From: Batkoa obscura
Taxonomy: Eukaryota
Assembly (NCBI GenBank): GCA_030770535.1
Contig: JASVEC010000014.1
Coordinates: 1-64,000 of the forward strand
Direction of reading: 5' to 3'
Length of the DNA stretch: 64,000 nt
The translations under genes and the position numbers were made by a program. This document shows positions 10,960 to 24,477 of the stretch, in pieces. Numbering within the stretch: position 1 is the stretch's first letter; each line of letters begins with the position of its first letter. The notes below the pieces were generated by a model. That model was not told where the DNA came from. It ran no database searches and saw only the letters and a list, made by a program, of their open reading frames with translations.

Positions 10960-13647
10960 ATGTCTTCTTCAAACTCATTCTTTGATGTAATCGCAAGTTG
11001 GCTTGAAGATATAGTTGGTGAAGTAGGTGATGGTTATTTTGTAGCTCAAAATGGGAATAGATCTAGTCCAGGTGTACAATTTATAGTTTCAATAGTAATT
11101 GGTTTAGTCTCTATTATAGCCTTTTCAATATTAAGAGTAACATGGCGTTCGCTCTATTCTTCAAAAGAAAAATTGACAAATAGGCCACCTCCGATAATCC
11201 CAAAAACATTATTTGGATGGTTTGTTCCATTATTTAAGATTAAAGAAGAGGAAGTCTTGGATTTAGTTGGGTTAGATTCTTTAATGCATTTAAGGTTTTT
11301 TAAACTTTCAGCAATAATATTTGGGTTGTGCTCAATTTACGGGGTTTTTGTTTTGATAATGATCACTTCTTTTATCCCTGTTACTCCTGAAGAGTCAGAA
11401 AAAGGATTTGATGTAACTTTCCGTTGGTCTATAAAAGCTGTACCAGAAGGAAGTTATTATTTAGTTGCCCATTTTGTAGGGGTATACATCTTTTCCTTAA
11501 TTACCATGTTTATGCTCCATAGAGAGTATCAAATATTTTCATTTTTAAGGTGGAATTTTCTATTGAAGGCTAAGCATAGTGTTACTGCACGATCAGTTTT
11601 GGTGGAAGGCATCCCTCATAGTTTAAGAAACGAACAATCATTGGCCAAGTATTTCACATCGATGGATTTTGGCAATGTAGGATGTGTAAGGATTTGTCAT
11701 AGTGCAGCTGAATTAACAAGATTAGTTAGAAAGCGAGCTAATATTTTAATAAGTCTAGAAAGTACTATAACTTCATGGATTGGTAATCCATGCATAAAAG
11801 AGAATTATAATCCACAAGAGTTAGAAGAAGCCATATCACATTCCAAATTAATACAAGTAGGAGAAAAGGAAAGACCTCAAGTTAAAGCTGGTTTTTTTGG
11901 TATTGTTGGAAACAAATTGGATGCCATCAATCATAAATATAAACAAATTAAAGATATCGATGCTTCAATAAATCTTCTTCGCTTAAAAGATAATAAATTT
12001 CGTACAACAGGAGTTGGCTTCGTTACTTTTAAAGATATCCGCTCTGCTCATTTGGTTTCACAAGTAAATCCAAACTCAATACCATTTCGTTTAAGGACTG
12101 AACTCGCCCCAGAGCCAAGAGACATATATTGGGCTAATTTAGGAATAACAGCAAGAGAGCAATCATTAAGAAGGTTTTTTGTTTATGTTGCAGTAGGGCT
12201 CGTCACTTTTTTTTATACCATCCCACTTTCAGTTATTTCCTCATTATTACAGATTGAAAAATTAGTTAAGGTGTTACCATTTTTGAAAGATTTGCAGGAT
12301 GCTAGTCCATATATTTATGATCTTTTATCTGGTTTCTTGCCTACTGTTGCTACTATCACTTTTATTGCTATAACGCCTTTAATTTTTACTGGGCTTACTA
12401 TTGTACAAGGAAACAAGTCAATAAGTTCAATTGAAAGGGACACTATATCGAAGCATTACTTGTTTCTCTTTGTCAATGTTTTATTAGTTTTTACTATTTC
12501 AACTACATTTATTAAAACAATATTTGATGATGTGTTAAAAAATCCAACAAACATTCCAAATTTATTGGCAGGATCTCTACCTGAAGTAGCACCTTTCTTT
12601 GTAAACTATGTAATGATTTTAGGAATCGGCTATTTCCCACTTCAACTTGTTCAACTGGGTCCTGTATTCTTTTATTTCTATCGTCGTATATTTTCAAAAA
12701 CTCCACGTGATTTTGCTGAATTACTTGCCCCTTCATTTATTGACTATGGATGGCTTTTAGGACAACCACTCTTAGTCTTTACTTTGACTATGACCTATTC
12801 AGTTATATCCCCATTGATATTAGTGGTCGGTACATGTTATTATGTTGTTGGTCATTTTGTAAACAAGTATATAATGTTATACGTAGCTTATAGAAATTAT
12901 GAAACTGGGGGTATGCTATGGCCATGTATATTTAATAGAATTATGGTAGGGGTGTTTTTAAAGCAGTTATTAATGACAGGATATTTTGGTTTAAAAAATT
13001 TTTATCCATTATCGATTGCTATGTTACCATTAATAATTTTTACATCAATATTTGCTTATTATATGCCCAAAGCTTATCCAAATGATTGTAAATATTTACC
13101 TGCAGATTATTTAATCAATAATGATAATACGACAGAATCTTTATTAGCAAGGAATGATTTGATCAGCAGCGCCAATTTGAGTGCAGCAACATCCTTAAAC
13201 CATGATTTTGGAGGTGAGCATGCGATTGACTCGCTTTCAATACCAGTTTCTGAAGCAAGTGATAAGTATAGGTTTGGGCCAGCCACACAACACCAAGAAG
13301 AAGATGTAGCAAGTAATTTGGTATCAGAGCCATACATGGATGATCAACAATATATTGCAGAACCAAATGTTCGTACTGATTATAGTCAATCTACAATGTT
13401 GAAATTCTATGGTGTTTTAGATTCAGGTATTGAAGGTTATGGGAATCCAGCTATCCATGGAACGTTACCCAAGTTATGGCTTCCACAAAAAATTGATCCA
13501 AAGGTGTACCAAAAACTATTAAAAAGAAGAACCTGTTTTTGCTGTTCTCCTATAAGTATGACACTCCCAGAAAGCGACCAAGATCAAAGTAATCGTACTA
13601 ATATTAATTCTCTTTCTTCAACATATCCACTCACTTCAGGTGAATGA
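10960..13647 (+). CDS. OSCA/TMEM63 (CSC1/RSN1/PHM7-like) calcium-permeable stress-gated channel
   Basis: 895-aa intronless ORF with many TM helices; motifs GLDSLMHLRF, ARSVLVEGIP, GFVTF, APEPRDIYWANL, FFVNYV and YETGGMLWP. Confidence 0.93.
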   Translation: MSSSNSFFDVIASWLEDIVGEVGDGYFVAQNGNRSSPGVQFIVSIVIGLVSIIAFSILRVTWRSLYSSKEKLTNRPPPIIPKTLFGWFVPLFKIKEEEVLDLVGLDSLMHLRFFKLSAIIFGLCSIYGVFVLIMITSFIPVTPEESEKGFDVTFRWSIKAVPEGSYYLVAHFVGVYIFSLITMFMLHREYQIFSFLRWNFLLKAKHSVTARSVLVEGIPHSLRNEQSLAKYFTSMDFGNVGCVRICHSAAELTRLVRKRANILISLESTITSWIGNPCIKENYNPQELEEAISHSKLIQVGEKERPQVKAGFFGIVGNKLDAINHKYKQIKDIDASINLLRLKDNKFRTTGVGFVTFKDIRSAHLVSQVNPNSIPFRLRTELAPEPRDIYWANLGITAREQSLRRFFVYVAVGLVTFFYTIPLSVISSLLQIEKLVKVLPFLKDLQDASPYIYDLLSGFLPTVATITFIAITPLIFTGLTIVQGNKSISSIERDTISKHYLFLFVNVLLVFTISTTFIKTIFDDVLKNPTNIPNLLAGSLPEVAPFFVNYVMILGIGYFPLQLVQLGPVFFYFYRRIFSKTPRDFAELLAPSFIDYGWLLGQPLLVFTLTMTYSVISPLILVVGTCYYVVGHFVNKYIMLYVAYRNYETGGMLWPCIFNRIMVGVFLKQLLMTGYFGLKNFYPLSIAMLPLIIFTSIFAYYMPKAYPNDCKYLPADYLINNDNTTESLLARNDLISSANLSAATSLNHDFGGEHAIDSLSIPVSEASDKYRFGPATQHQEEDVASNLVSEPYMDDQQYIAEPNVRTDYSQSTMLKFYGVLDSGIEGYGNPAIHGTLPKLWLPQKIDPKVYQKLLKRRTCFCCSPISMTLPESDQDQSNRTNINSLSSTYPLTSGE

Positions 13648-13779
13648 GATAAAAATATTTATGATTAATAAACTATGCAAGTTTAATGAGATCTTTATTT
13701 TATTTGAATCACAAAGTTAAAATTAAATGATAGCGTAATAAAGGATATTAAAACTATTCAAATAACTTAATAATCAATA

Positions 13780-13880
13780 AAAGACATATTCTTTGTTTAA
13801 GGATTTTACTAATAATTTTTCCACTTAATAGCGCTTAAAAAATGGAAAAGTAATGAAATCAAAAAAATGCATCCTTGTAT
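13780..13880 (+). mobile_element. ~100-bp MITE (diverged ends)
   Basis: Core TTTTACTAATAATTTTTCCACTTAATAGCGCTTAAAAAATGGAAAAG. Confidence 0.8.
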
Positions 13881-14062
13881 GTTATATTATTCAACCATTT
13901 CAAAAGTGGTAACTTTGACTAAATCTAGCAAAATTTGCATTAATTGCGATATTCTTACCTTAACCAATCATGTTCATTTGTAAAACAAAAGACCAAAAAC
14001 TTAATTTAAAAATTTTAAATATTAAAAGAATATCCAGCAATATCATATTGATTTATTTAAAA

Positions 14063-16226
14063 ATGGATTTTAAAGGCTTGGAAGAAAAATTCAAATGTCT
14101 AAATAATAGCAAGAACTCAATTCAAAAAATTGTTTCTCATGAATCTTTTGTCTATATTGCTAACGGAAATAAGATTGGTTGTTATTTAATTGCTCAAAAG
14201 TCCAAAGCTACGGAATATCAGGAACTATTTTCAAAAGAAATTGAGTTTGATATAATCGATTTAAGTATTAATAACAACGGAACTTATTTAGCTTTATATG
14301 GCTCAAACGAACAAGGATTAAATAAATTATGTGTAATACCGTTATTTGAGTTAAACATTATTCTTTCTTCAAACATCCAGATCAACCCGTTATTAGTTCG
14401 GTAAGTTTTTCAACATCTGAAAGTTTATTTAATTTATAAAAATTAGGGTTCTAGAAATAGATTCAAATAATATGAAGGATTCTAAAATTATGAAGGTTGC
14501 ATGGCACCCTTTATCTAAAGAATCAACTGCACTTTTAGTTCTCAGTTCTAATAATTTTTTAAGGTGAGTTTATATTTAAACAAGTTATTTAACTAATATT
14601 TAGATTGTACGATATCGAAATCAATTGTATAGAACCAGAGTTGGTGTTTGATTTAAATAAGGAAAATTTGAAATGTAGAAATAAAGGAATTGAGGAAAAT
14701 GTACCTAAAGATGAAATAGTTGATTTGGCTTTTGGTTCGATTGAAGCAGAAGGCTGGGAGCCATTCACCGTTTTATTTGCAACAAAGTCATATAAATTTT
14801 ATTATTTATGCCCATTGATCCCAAAACGATGGTATTTTTTAATATGTTCAATATTGATATATACTCATTTTAGTTAGTTTATTACCTCGGAAGAATATAA
14901 AAACACTTTTTTACCTTGCTTTGAAAAAGTTTAATACTTCGAACAAAGAAGGAGAAATTAAGTACAATGAACTTCTCTATGAGTATGCGACTAGACCAAA
15001 TGAAGTTGGGATATACCATGATTTAATTTTTCTTATAAGCTTGACAAAATTCCCAATATTTACTAAAGACAAAAGATTTATTGATGTTGACTTTTATTCT
15101 CATAAAATGAACATGAAAAACTTTTTGAAGTTAAAAAGAGTAGAAATTTTTGCTTCAAAACCACCTCTGCCTAAAAATTCAAGAATTGTGCCTGTAGTTA
15201 AAAATATACTGACCATTCCTACAACAAGCTTAACTATACTTTGTACAATATTCGAAGACGGGAGATTTGTTATAAAGGCAATTACTTCATTTCCAGAACC
15301 AAGTTTTTATGACAATAAGGTAAATAAATTTATTTATGAATGAAACTATTAGAACAATTTGTTATTAGAAGTTAAAAAATGAACAAAATGAAGAGGCATT
15401 TGTTGTTTTACAGATACTAAAATTTAAAGAGTTTTCCAAACATAAACTAAACACCTTATTTGATCCATTATTCCCTTCACATTTATATATATGTAGTCGT
15501 GATAATGGATATGTCGTTGATTTTACAGATTTGATCAATAATATTAAATATAACCATTTCCCTGAGCAGCTTGGCTCGCCTTGTCCAGTTAATGAAATTA
15601 TCAGTAATAAAAAAGAAGATATTGCTATAAATGACATGTGCTTTATCAATCATAAAAATGTAGAAAGTGCATTTTTATGGTTTATAGGAGTCAATCAAAG
15701 AGAAGAAATTGTTAGCAAAACTAAATTTATTAAGCCATTTATTCCTGCGCCTCTATCGAAATTATACTCAGTAAGCAAAATAAGTCATTTATCAGATCAA
15801 GCAAACTTGTACCAAGCTAATAAAAGAGAAAGTGGGTATACTTTTAGTGGTTTCAATTCCAAGCTCAGCTTTACAGATCGGGTACTAGATTCAAAGGATA
15901 GTGCTGATATAACCTTGAACGCTTTAAAAAATAAGTTAAAGGGCTTAGAAGCGAATATCAAACATTTAAATCTTAGGTAAGCTATTATTTAATTTGAGCT
16001 AAATGATATTTAATCTATTATTAGTTCAATTTATTTTGAATCAAGAATAAGTCATATAAACCAAACAACTGATAAGATAACTTCATTAAATCGGGCGTAT
16101 CAGCAAGGTGAAGTGAAAAGCAAACAGATAAAAGATAAAATGAATGAACTAGAGCTTTATTCAAATGGTCTTCTAAATAACATTAAGGACTTAAAAATAC
16201 AAGTAGCAAATTTAAAGATTAATTAA
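14063..16226 (+). CDS. NUP82: Nucleoporin Nup82/Nup88-like, about 6 exons
   Basis: Spliced motifs KVAWHPLS..STALLVLSSNNFLRLYDI and GWEPFTVLF...YYLCPLIP, with a short C-terminal coiled coil; joins ORFs 13970, 14605, 14921 and 15531. Confidence 0.7.
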
Positions 16227-16514
16227 ATAAAAATATACATTATACTAAAAACACTATTATATTAGATACTTTTTATTATTATTAGTAAATAAAGCTTTAT
16301 TTATTTCATCACTATTTAAATGTTTGTTTTTTAAAAATATATTTGAAACGAAACTAAATTTTATTGGCTAAAATTAAAAATCTCGAAATTTACCAAACAT
16401 TTAATTAATTGGTCAATTAATTTTGATGATTACCATAAATTAAAAATTCAATATTTTATAATTTCTTCACATTTTGAAGGTTAAATAATTACCTCTTATT
16501 AGATTATATCTAAA

Positions 16515-19500
16515 ATGGATTCTCGTACCCAAACCACCCTTGGTCATCAATATAATGATAATGAAATCGATGCAATGAATGCTGCCACCCAACGCCTTGA
16601 TATTGATGTTGAAGACTTTATTAAATTAAGCCATGAGGACGCACATAATGGATTAAACTCTTTTGTTCAATCATCATCTAATGACTTTCTTGATGACTCT
16701 GATGGTTTAGCTTATAGTAATACCGTGGATAATTTAGATGAATATGATATTTATGGTGAAAAAAAGCCTGTAGTCCAAGAAAAAAAGAAACAAAACAAAA
16801 ATAAAGCTGTCCCTGATCTAAACTCTGATTCTTTGTTTCCTTCACTTGGATCTGCAAACCCCAAAGTTTCATCTGCCTGGGCCTCAAAGAAACATGTCAC
16901 CCCTATCTCTACTCCTACCTCTAAGCCAAGTGCAAGAAATAGTGAAATAGTATCTCAAACCCTTAACCTTAAGTTGGGTCAGAGTACCCAAAACTCTAAT
17001 CAATTAAGAGAAACAGTTCAAAAAGTCCAAAAACGTTTTGGTGTTAACATTAATGTTTCTAGCTCAAAAATTTCTGGAATTACAACTTTCATTATTAAAG
17101 GTCACCCAGATAAAGTACCAAAAGCAGAACGTGAAATTAAAGCCGGAGTTGCACCTAAAGTAACCTTTTGTTTTTTAATTTATTAAGTACTAACGACATA
17201 TAGACAAGTGCTACTATCAGTGTGCCTTCGAATATTACTCGTTTCATCCTTGGTTCTAAAGGTAGAAACCTTGCTCAGCTTCAACAAAAAACTATGACAA
17301 ATATCACGGTCCCACCTAGAGAAAATGAAGATGGCGACGAAGAAGATTCATATATTGAAGTTAGCATTGTTGGTGAGTTATCTGGGGTTCAAGAAGCTAA
17401 AAGGGAGATTGAAAGTATCATTCGTGAAAAGGTAAATATAAGCTAATCTTTCTTATATATATAAATTTAATTATCTCATTTTAAGGCCGTTAAAGTTGAA
17501 TTAAAGATTACTGAAATTCCCGCTACTCACTATCCATTTTTAGCAGGGCCAAAAGGCTCGTTATTAAAATCTTACTTATCTGATTCTTCAGTTGAAGTCA
17601 AAGTTCCCTTTGTTTTTGAAAACCAAAGTAATCTTATTCAAGATGATCATCCAATTGTCATATTAGGTGCAAAGGAATCTTTAAGTAAGACCAAAAGTAC
17701 TATTTTGGAAGCATATGAAAATTTAAAAGACGATATCTCTGATCTTACTATTTCTATCCCAAAGTCCAAGCATTGTTTCTTAATTGGTCCCAATGGCGCT
17801 AATTTAAAAGATTTTTTTGCTGCTTCAGGTAAATCATAGAAATATTTTTTTTAGCTTTATTAACAAATTAAGGATGTATCGTAAGAATTCCAGAAGCTTC
17901 CAATCTATCAAATAAAGTAACTATTATTGGACCAAGTGAAAAACTTGCACAATCAGTTGCTTTATTAATGGAAAAGGCAAACTCCGCACAAGCTTCAACT
18001 ATTGATGTTGAGAAATTACATAAATCAGTTGAAAATTATCTCAGCTCACTTTATACTTATTTTAGTACCACTTCTTATATACAAGAATTAGAAAAGAAGC
18101 ATAAAGTTCAAGTTCAGATCCCCTTTGTAAATAAGCCTACCGGAAAAATCGACATTATTGGTAAGGTTAAAGAAGATGTGCAAAAAGCCAAAGCTTCACT
18201 TGAATCTCATATAAAAGCACTCCCACCTACTTGTTTTGCTTCACTTACTATCCCCAAGGAATTACATAACTATATTAAAGGAGTTGAAAATGCAAAATTA
18301 GAACAAGCAAATAGTAAATATAATATTCAAGTGATCGTCCCAGGCTCTAATCTCAACACTACTTCAATTACTCTATTCTCTCCAAAATCTGACAAAAAAG
18401 CTTTATCAGAAGTTAAAGCTCAAATCGAAAAAGACATTAGTGGGTTACTTAATATCGATAGCAAAGCAGTAACTGTACCAAACAAAATACATCGTCATAT
18501 TATTGGACCAAATGGAAGCACCCTTGAATCGATTATAGGAAAACTTGGAGAATCAAAGGTATTGATTTCCTTTGGCAGTAAACCTATTACTGGATTTAAT
18601 TTACCAGAACATATCTTGTTTACTACAGAAGGTCTCAGCCCAAATCAAATATCTATTTCTGGTCCATCAAGCGAAATTGAACGAATTTCAAAGGAGTTAG
18701 AAAAATTAGCAGTTGAAATGGAAGATTATGAAAAGGCACGCTCTTATTCAACTTCATTCACAATTCCTACCAAACATTCATCTCATATTGTAGGCAGAAA
18801 TGGTTCAAATATTAATAAACTTAAACAAAACTATGATGTAAAAATTGAAATGGATAAATCGTCAAACAGTGAAACCACTGTAAAGGTTCAAGGAGTTCAA
18901 CAAAATGCCGATAAAGTCAAACATGAAATTATTTCACAAGTTGAAAAATTAGCAGATCATACTGAAGAAAAGATACGTGTACCAAGTCAATATCATCGTT
19001 CAATTATAGGTGCCCAAGGAAAATATGTAAAGAGGCTTGAGGAGAAATACAATGTGTTTATTAAATTTCCTGCAAGTATCAAATCAATTAGCGATAATGA
19101 AAATGAAGAAGAAAATGATAAACAAGCACCTAAAGTTCAAATAGGAAAGGACGAATTATTGATTAAAGGTGGTAAGAGAGGAGTATCTGAAGCTAAAGCT
19201 GAAATTATGGAAATTGTTGAATTTGAACGTGAAAACAACAATAAAGTAAACTTTAAAGTAGCTAAACGTTTCCTTCCGCATATCCTTGGTCGCAACGGCA
19301 TTAATATTAATTTAATAAAAGATGAAACAAATACCCGTATTGATATCGATAAAAAAGAGGAATCTGAAGGCGAATCTGATATCACCATCCTTGGAACAAA
19401 AAGTGGAATTAAGGAAGCCCAAAAAAGGATCCTTAAAATAGTTTCTGAAATGGAACAAAAAGTCACTGAGCAAGTCATTATTCCAAATAAATTTCACTCC

Positions 19501-20487
19501 AATTTAATTGGCCCAGGCGGTAGCCGAATCCGCCAACTTGTTGCAAAAGTTCAAGGTCTCGATAGTTCTGACCCAGAAGTTAATGCTAATATGGTGAAAT
19601 TCCCTAAAGGTAAAGATGATGATACAGTCACTGTAAAAGGCGACAAAGAAATAGTTGCCAAAGTGATTGATGCGCTTAAACAAGCTTCGTCAGCTCTTGA
19701 AAATATCAATACTATCACTGTCGAAATTGATCCAGAACACCATGCAACCCTTATAGGTCGTGGTGGTGCTATTATAAAATCACTTATGAACAAATACGAA
19801 GTAGACTTAAATTTCCCTCGTCGTGATTCTAAAGGTCCAGAAGCTTCTATAATTACTATTTCTGGAAATCTTGAAAACTGTGAAGCAGTCAAGAAAGATC
19901 TACTTAGTCGAATTCCAGTCAACGAATCTTTTGACTTCCCACAAAAATTCCACCATTCACTTTTAGGACGCGGTAATAGTACTATTCGTAAACTCCGTAA
20001 CGAATTCCAAATCAATGTGGATACACCAATAGTACCTAAACCTGAATTTAAAAGCCATGATCAAACTAATGGAAATGTTGCACGTATCGATGATGAAGTA
20101 TCAAAAGTCATGTTTGAGCAAATAGTATACCCTGATGGAGCTAAAGAAATTAGTTGGGTATTAAAGGGCTCTAATGATAATATTGCTAAAGCTAAAAAGT
20201 ATCTTGAAAAATTATATAAAGATATAAAAGATAAAAACCACGTCATTCGTCTTTATTCACACCCTTCTACACATGGACTTATTGTAGGAAGAGGGGGAAG
20301 TACAATTAATCAAATTCGTGCAGAAACCAAATGTGAAATTGAACTTCCATCTAATAATAATAACTCACGTCGTAAAGGTGATAACTCTCCATTTTCTGAT
20401 GGCACAGCCATTATTATCTGTGGTTCAGAAGAGAATACTTTGTTAGCTAAAGATCAAATTATTACTATAATTTCAACCCAAAAATAA
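16515..20487 (+). CDS. SCP160: Vigilin/Scp160 multi-KH-domain RNA-binding protein, 4 exons
   Basis: Many GxxG KH loops (IIGPNGS, IVGRNGS, IIGAQGK, LIGRGGA, IVGRGGS) and an N-terminal FPSLG motif. Introns lie near 17161-17203, 17432-17486 and 17829-17872. Confidence 0.92.
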
Positions 20488-20634
20488 GAAATATAAAAAA
20501 GAAGTTTTATATAATATTATTTTAACTTTCATTTAAATTTTAATAAATTCTCAAAAGTACTAGTTTTTTATTTTTTACGTTTTGTTTTATTGTATTTATA
20601 GTATTACATAAATATGTTAAACCATAACTTTTAG

Positions 20635-21795
20635 TTATATTGTGTTGAATTTGAATTCAAACAAGGACCCTCTTACTATTAGCATTGTTATTATTAAAAC
20701 AATTACTGCACCAATAATATAACCAATAGTTACAGGCAAATTATTAACTGAGTCGTTGGTTTGCTTTAGCTTAGGTAAAACATAAGCGCTTTCCCAAGAT
20801 TTAACATTAATTAGTTGAGTCATTTGTTGACCCCTCCTCCGCTTTAATAACCAAAAGAGATGATTAGATGATCATTATAATAGACTAGACAATCTAAATA
20901 AATATTAATAAATGCACCCAATTTGATAATTTTTTCTAAATAAAGACATTTAAGTTTAAACTATGTATCATTTACCTGAAAAATTTAAATAATCAGAGTT
21001 GGCTGCACTTTCTGCAAAATAAATTGTATTAAAGAATACAATAAAAGTTGGACTAAACCAACTCTCTGGCACATCTCTAGTTATTGTTTTTGTTTCTCAT
21101 TTTGCTATTGAATAATCATATGACATTATTGTTTGGACTGGAACTAATTCATTAGTATTAGCATTTGAATTATTAATCATATATGAAACCCTTGTACGTA
21201 ACTGAACTGTATATTATTTACTTACTGCTTTAGCTTTAGAAAAAGACCATATACCGCATCTAAAGTATTAAAAAAGGTAGAGAGTCTAATATATAAGAAC
21301 TAGATCAATTTTTATCAAATACTGTCTCACGCCCAAAAAGTCTCAACATATTTTCCACCAAGTCATTGTGTAACCCCACTTTTATTCGTGACTTATAAGA
21401 AAATCATCTGTATGAAAATTAGACATTGCTTGTTAACTTAAACTCAAGTTTGAGTATTTGAGTCAAATTATTGAAAACTTTTTTGATTAAATCATTTTTA
21501 CCGCCAAATATGATTATCTAGTTTGTTTTACTAATATATTTCACAGCCGGAATACTTATCCTCTGGAAACTATATTTGACTATCTCTTCCCACAGCTTAT
21601 GAAGCTCAACCTATAAATCAAGCCCGTTAAATAATTTTAATCAGTATACACTTTTACTTTTGATCTCTCGATCACCAATCTCAGTAGTCACTCTACTTAG
21701 ATAACATAATGTATTATTAATTGACAACTCCCACCGTAAATATTAGGTGGTAAAGCAGATAACCAAATTATATGAATATAAAATATAAACTTTCA
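20635..21795 (-). pseudogene. Decayed kelch-like single-pass membrane protein gene
   Basis: Minus-strand fragments PPNIYGGSC, IIIFGG, YDYSIAK*ETKTITRDVPESWFSPTFIV and a C-terminal TM (IGYIIGAVIVLIITMLIV). Several stops or frameshifts and intron-like signals. Confidence 0.45.
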
Positions 21796-22231
21796 GTTCT
21801 AAATAAGAATAGAATATTATATAGTTAAGGAATGTATATTATTTATATGTTGTTGGCGCTTTATTCTTTGAATTAATGTTTTCTGCTATTTGGAAGGAAA
21901 TCTGAATTAATTTCATAAAATGCTCTTTATGTTCCACAGTATACAATCTAAAACCAAATCTATTTAAAATATAGATTTAAAAATTGATTAATGTTTAATA
22001 GTAACTATTCTTTATATCTCTATAAATAATATTCTAAACCGCATTTTTGATGTAAATATTAAGATGCTTCATATAATCAAAATAAATAGAAGATAAAATT
22101 TAACAAAACCACTATACTAAATAATAAAACTTAGGTTATTAATAGTATTCTGAAGAATAGTTGAAATGTTGCGGTCATAATTAACTCTTAATTAAATTTA
22201 TTATTTAATAAATTTATAACGATTAAAATAA

Positions 22232-24373
22232 TCAGTTTTTTTCACAAAAGGTACAAAGCCAACCACCTATATTAAATTAATTAGTTAACTATTTTGATAC
22301 ATCATAATATAATATAATATAATATAATATTTATTTACCTTTAGGTATATTTAAAATGGGAGGTTCACAACATGCCATATGAAATGGTTTATCACATCCA
22401 TCACAAATTAAAAGTGAATCTTCGTTTTCCATGGAATGACATTTCAAACATTTTTTACATTCATTGCATACCCAATCATATTGTTTCATTTTAGTATAAA
22501 CAATCGGATCACTAATCTGAATACACCATAAATGATGTGTTGATTTGCATTCTGAACATATAACTATTTCTTCTCTATTTACTTTGCGTTTCCTCGATGG
22601 TCTACTATTTTCATTTTCACTCATTTCTTCGATATCATTAGTATCCTGTAATGCAGAAAGTGGAGCAATAATTGTTTTACAATGTACGCATAATTTATTA
22701 TCAATTTCATTTAATATATTAATATTATTATCAGTAGTAATTATAGAATCATTATTATTATCTTCATTCTTATCTTCATTTTGAATAATATTATCATTAT
22801 TATTACTATCATTTTGATCTTTATCTATTGTTGTAACATTAAAATTACTATTAGCAAATCTCTCACTTTCTGGTAAATTTTTGTGATATCGACATCCTTG
22901 ATTTTTAAGTGGAATCATATAAGTACATGGCATTCCAGTTGTTTTTGAATAAAACCCACACATTTTTCTGTCAGGAGGAATAGTTACAGCTGGAGATGAA
23001 GCTTTCGTTGGAGTATCTTTCTTATTTATAATGATACTATTATTATTGTAATTAATATTGTTATTATTGTTATTATTGTTATTAATTGTTATTTTATTAT
23101 TATTCAAATAGCTTTTATAATTTTTTACACTTATATTTGGTACTAATATATTACTATTGTTGGTTATTAAAGCGTTTGAATGTGTATTTGACTTTTTTAT
23201 AAATTGTGTTTCATTTTCAGTTAACGAATGTCCATACCTTGTACTATGAATCGGAAAGGCTAATTGCTTTTGTGTTAATGTTAATGATATGGGATATTTA
23301 TCCTTATTCTTTTGAATAGTTAGATCATTATTGTTTTGATTTGTTTTTATTGGATAATGAAATAAATTTGTATGTGGTTCATAGAATTGTTTATTTTTAT
23401 TACGAAATAAATTTAAATAAGTATTGAATGAATTGCATGATTTATATAATGACTCTTTTATGTTATTGTTATTGAATTCAATCTTTGATTCATAAATAAA
23501 CGTCTTTTCGGATATCTGTTCAACATTATTAATTGTTTCAGTGGTTTCTTCTTCATTTTCAATGAAAGTCAAATAATTCTCATATTCTTTACATAATGAA
23601 TTCTCCGGATTTTCATAATAATCATCCTTGACTTTCTCCCCATCAATAATTATATAATGTCCAAAATAAGCGAAAGCTGTTTTTACTAATAATATGTTCA
23701 CTGGTAAGCTTCTTCGACTTGCTGGTATCAATCCTATTTCAAATAACTCTTCTCTATCATCTTGGGTTGTGCTTATCTTATTGACCTTTGGAAACATTCT
23801 AAAAAACTGGCTTCTTTCTTTTATTTTCAAATTCTTTATCAAAGTACTAATTAATGTAAATAGTTTTCCAGGTTTAGAATTTAAATAAAACGTCTCAATA
23901 GAATACTTCCTATTTCCTACCAATGAACCATCCCCCTTAATCTTTTTTTCTCCAATATCGTCTATCGGGTACTCTTCTTCCTTATTGTTTATAAAACTTT
24001 GATTAATTTCATTATCTTTTTCAAGCTGCAGAGTATGCTTTGATTTTCTGCCTGGTCTTTTTTTAGGTATCACTATTTCTATTTTTAATTTTCTTTCCTT
24101 TATCTCCGCTTCTTCTATTGGTTCCTCTTCTTGTTCCTCCTCTTCTATGTCTTCAAATTCTTCTTCTTCGACTATTTCTTCTTCTTGTTCTTCAATTACT
24201 TCTACTTGCTTTTCCTTCTTCTTTTTATTACTTTTTTCTACCTTTAATTTTGATTTCTTTCTACTTCTAGTGATCCTCCGATTACTTACATCCTCTTCTA
24301 CTTCTTCTACAATTTGCTCCCTTTTTTCTTTTTCGATATTTTTTGCTTTCGCTTTTGATCTTGTTTCTCTCAT
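22232..24373 (-). CDS. Chromatin-remodelling subunit: Rsc7/Swp82-type domain plus tandem PHD fingers
   Basis: GEKKIKGDGSLVGNRKY...AFAYFGHYIIIDGEKVKDDYYE resembles Rsc7/Npl6/Swp82; AT-hook-like KKRPGRKSK. The C-terminal double PHD is completed by a last exon GGWLCTFCEKN* (22232-22267). Confidence 0.8.
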
Positions 24374-24477
24374 ACTAATTATTATGCTTAATAATAATAA
24401 AATAAATTTTTAGAAAATGCTTAAATCAAATTATTTAGACCAATCACGTTTTATTGAGTTATTATGGGAATTCAGCT

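Noticed and set aside
19137..20246. Antisense ORFs in SCP160 (similar ones in SAC3, OSCA and the F-box genes)
   Set aside because: Opposite-strand shadows with no motifs.
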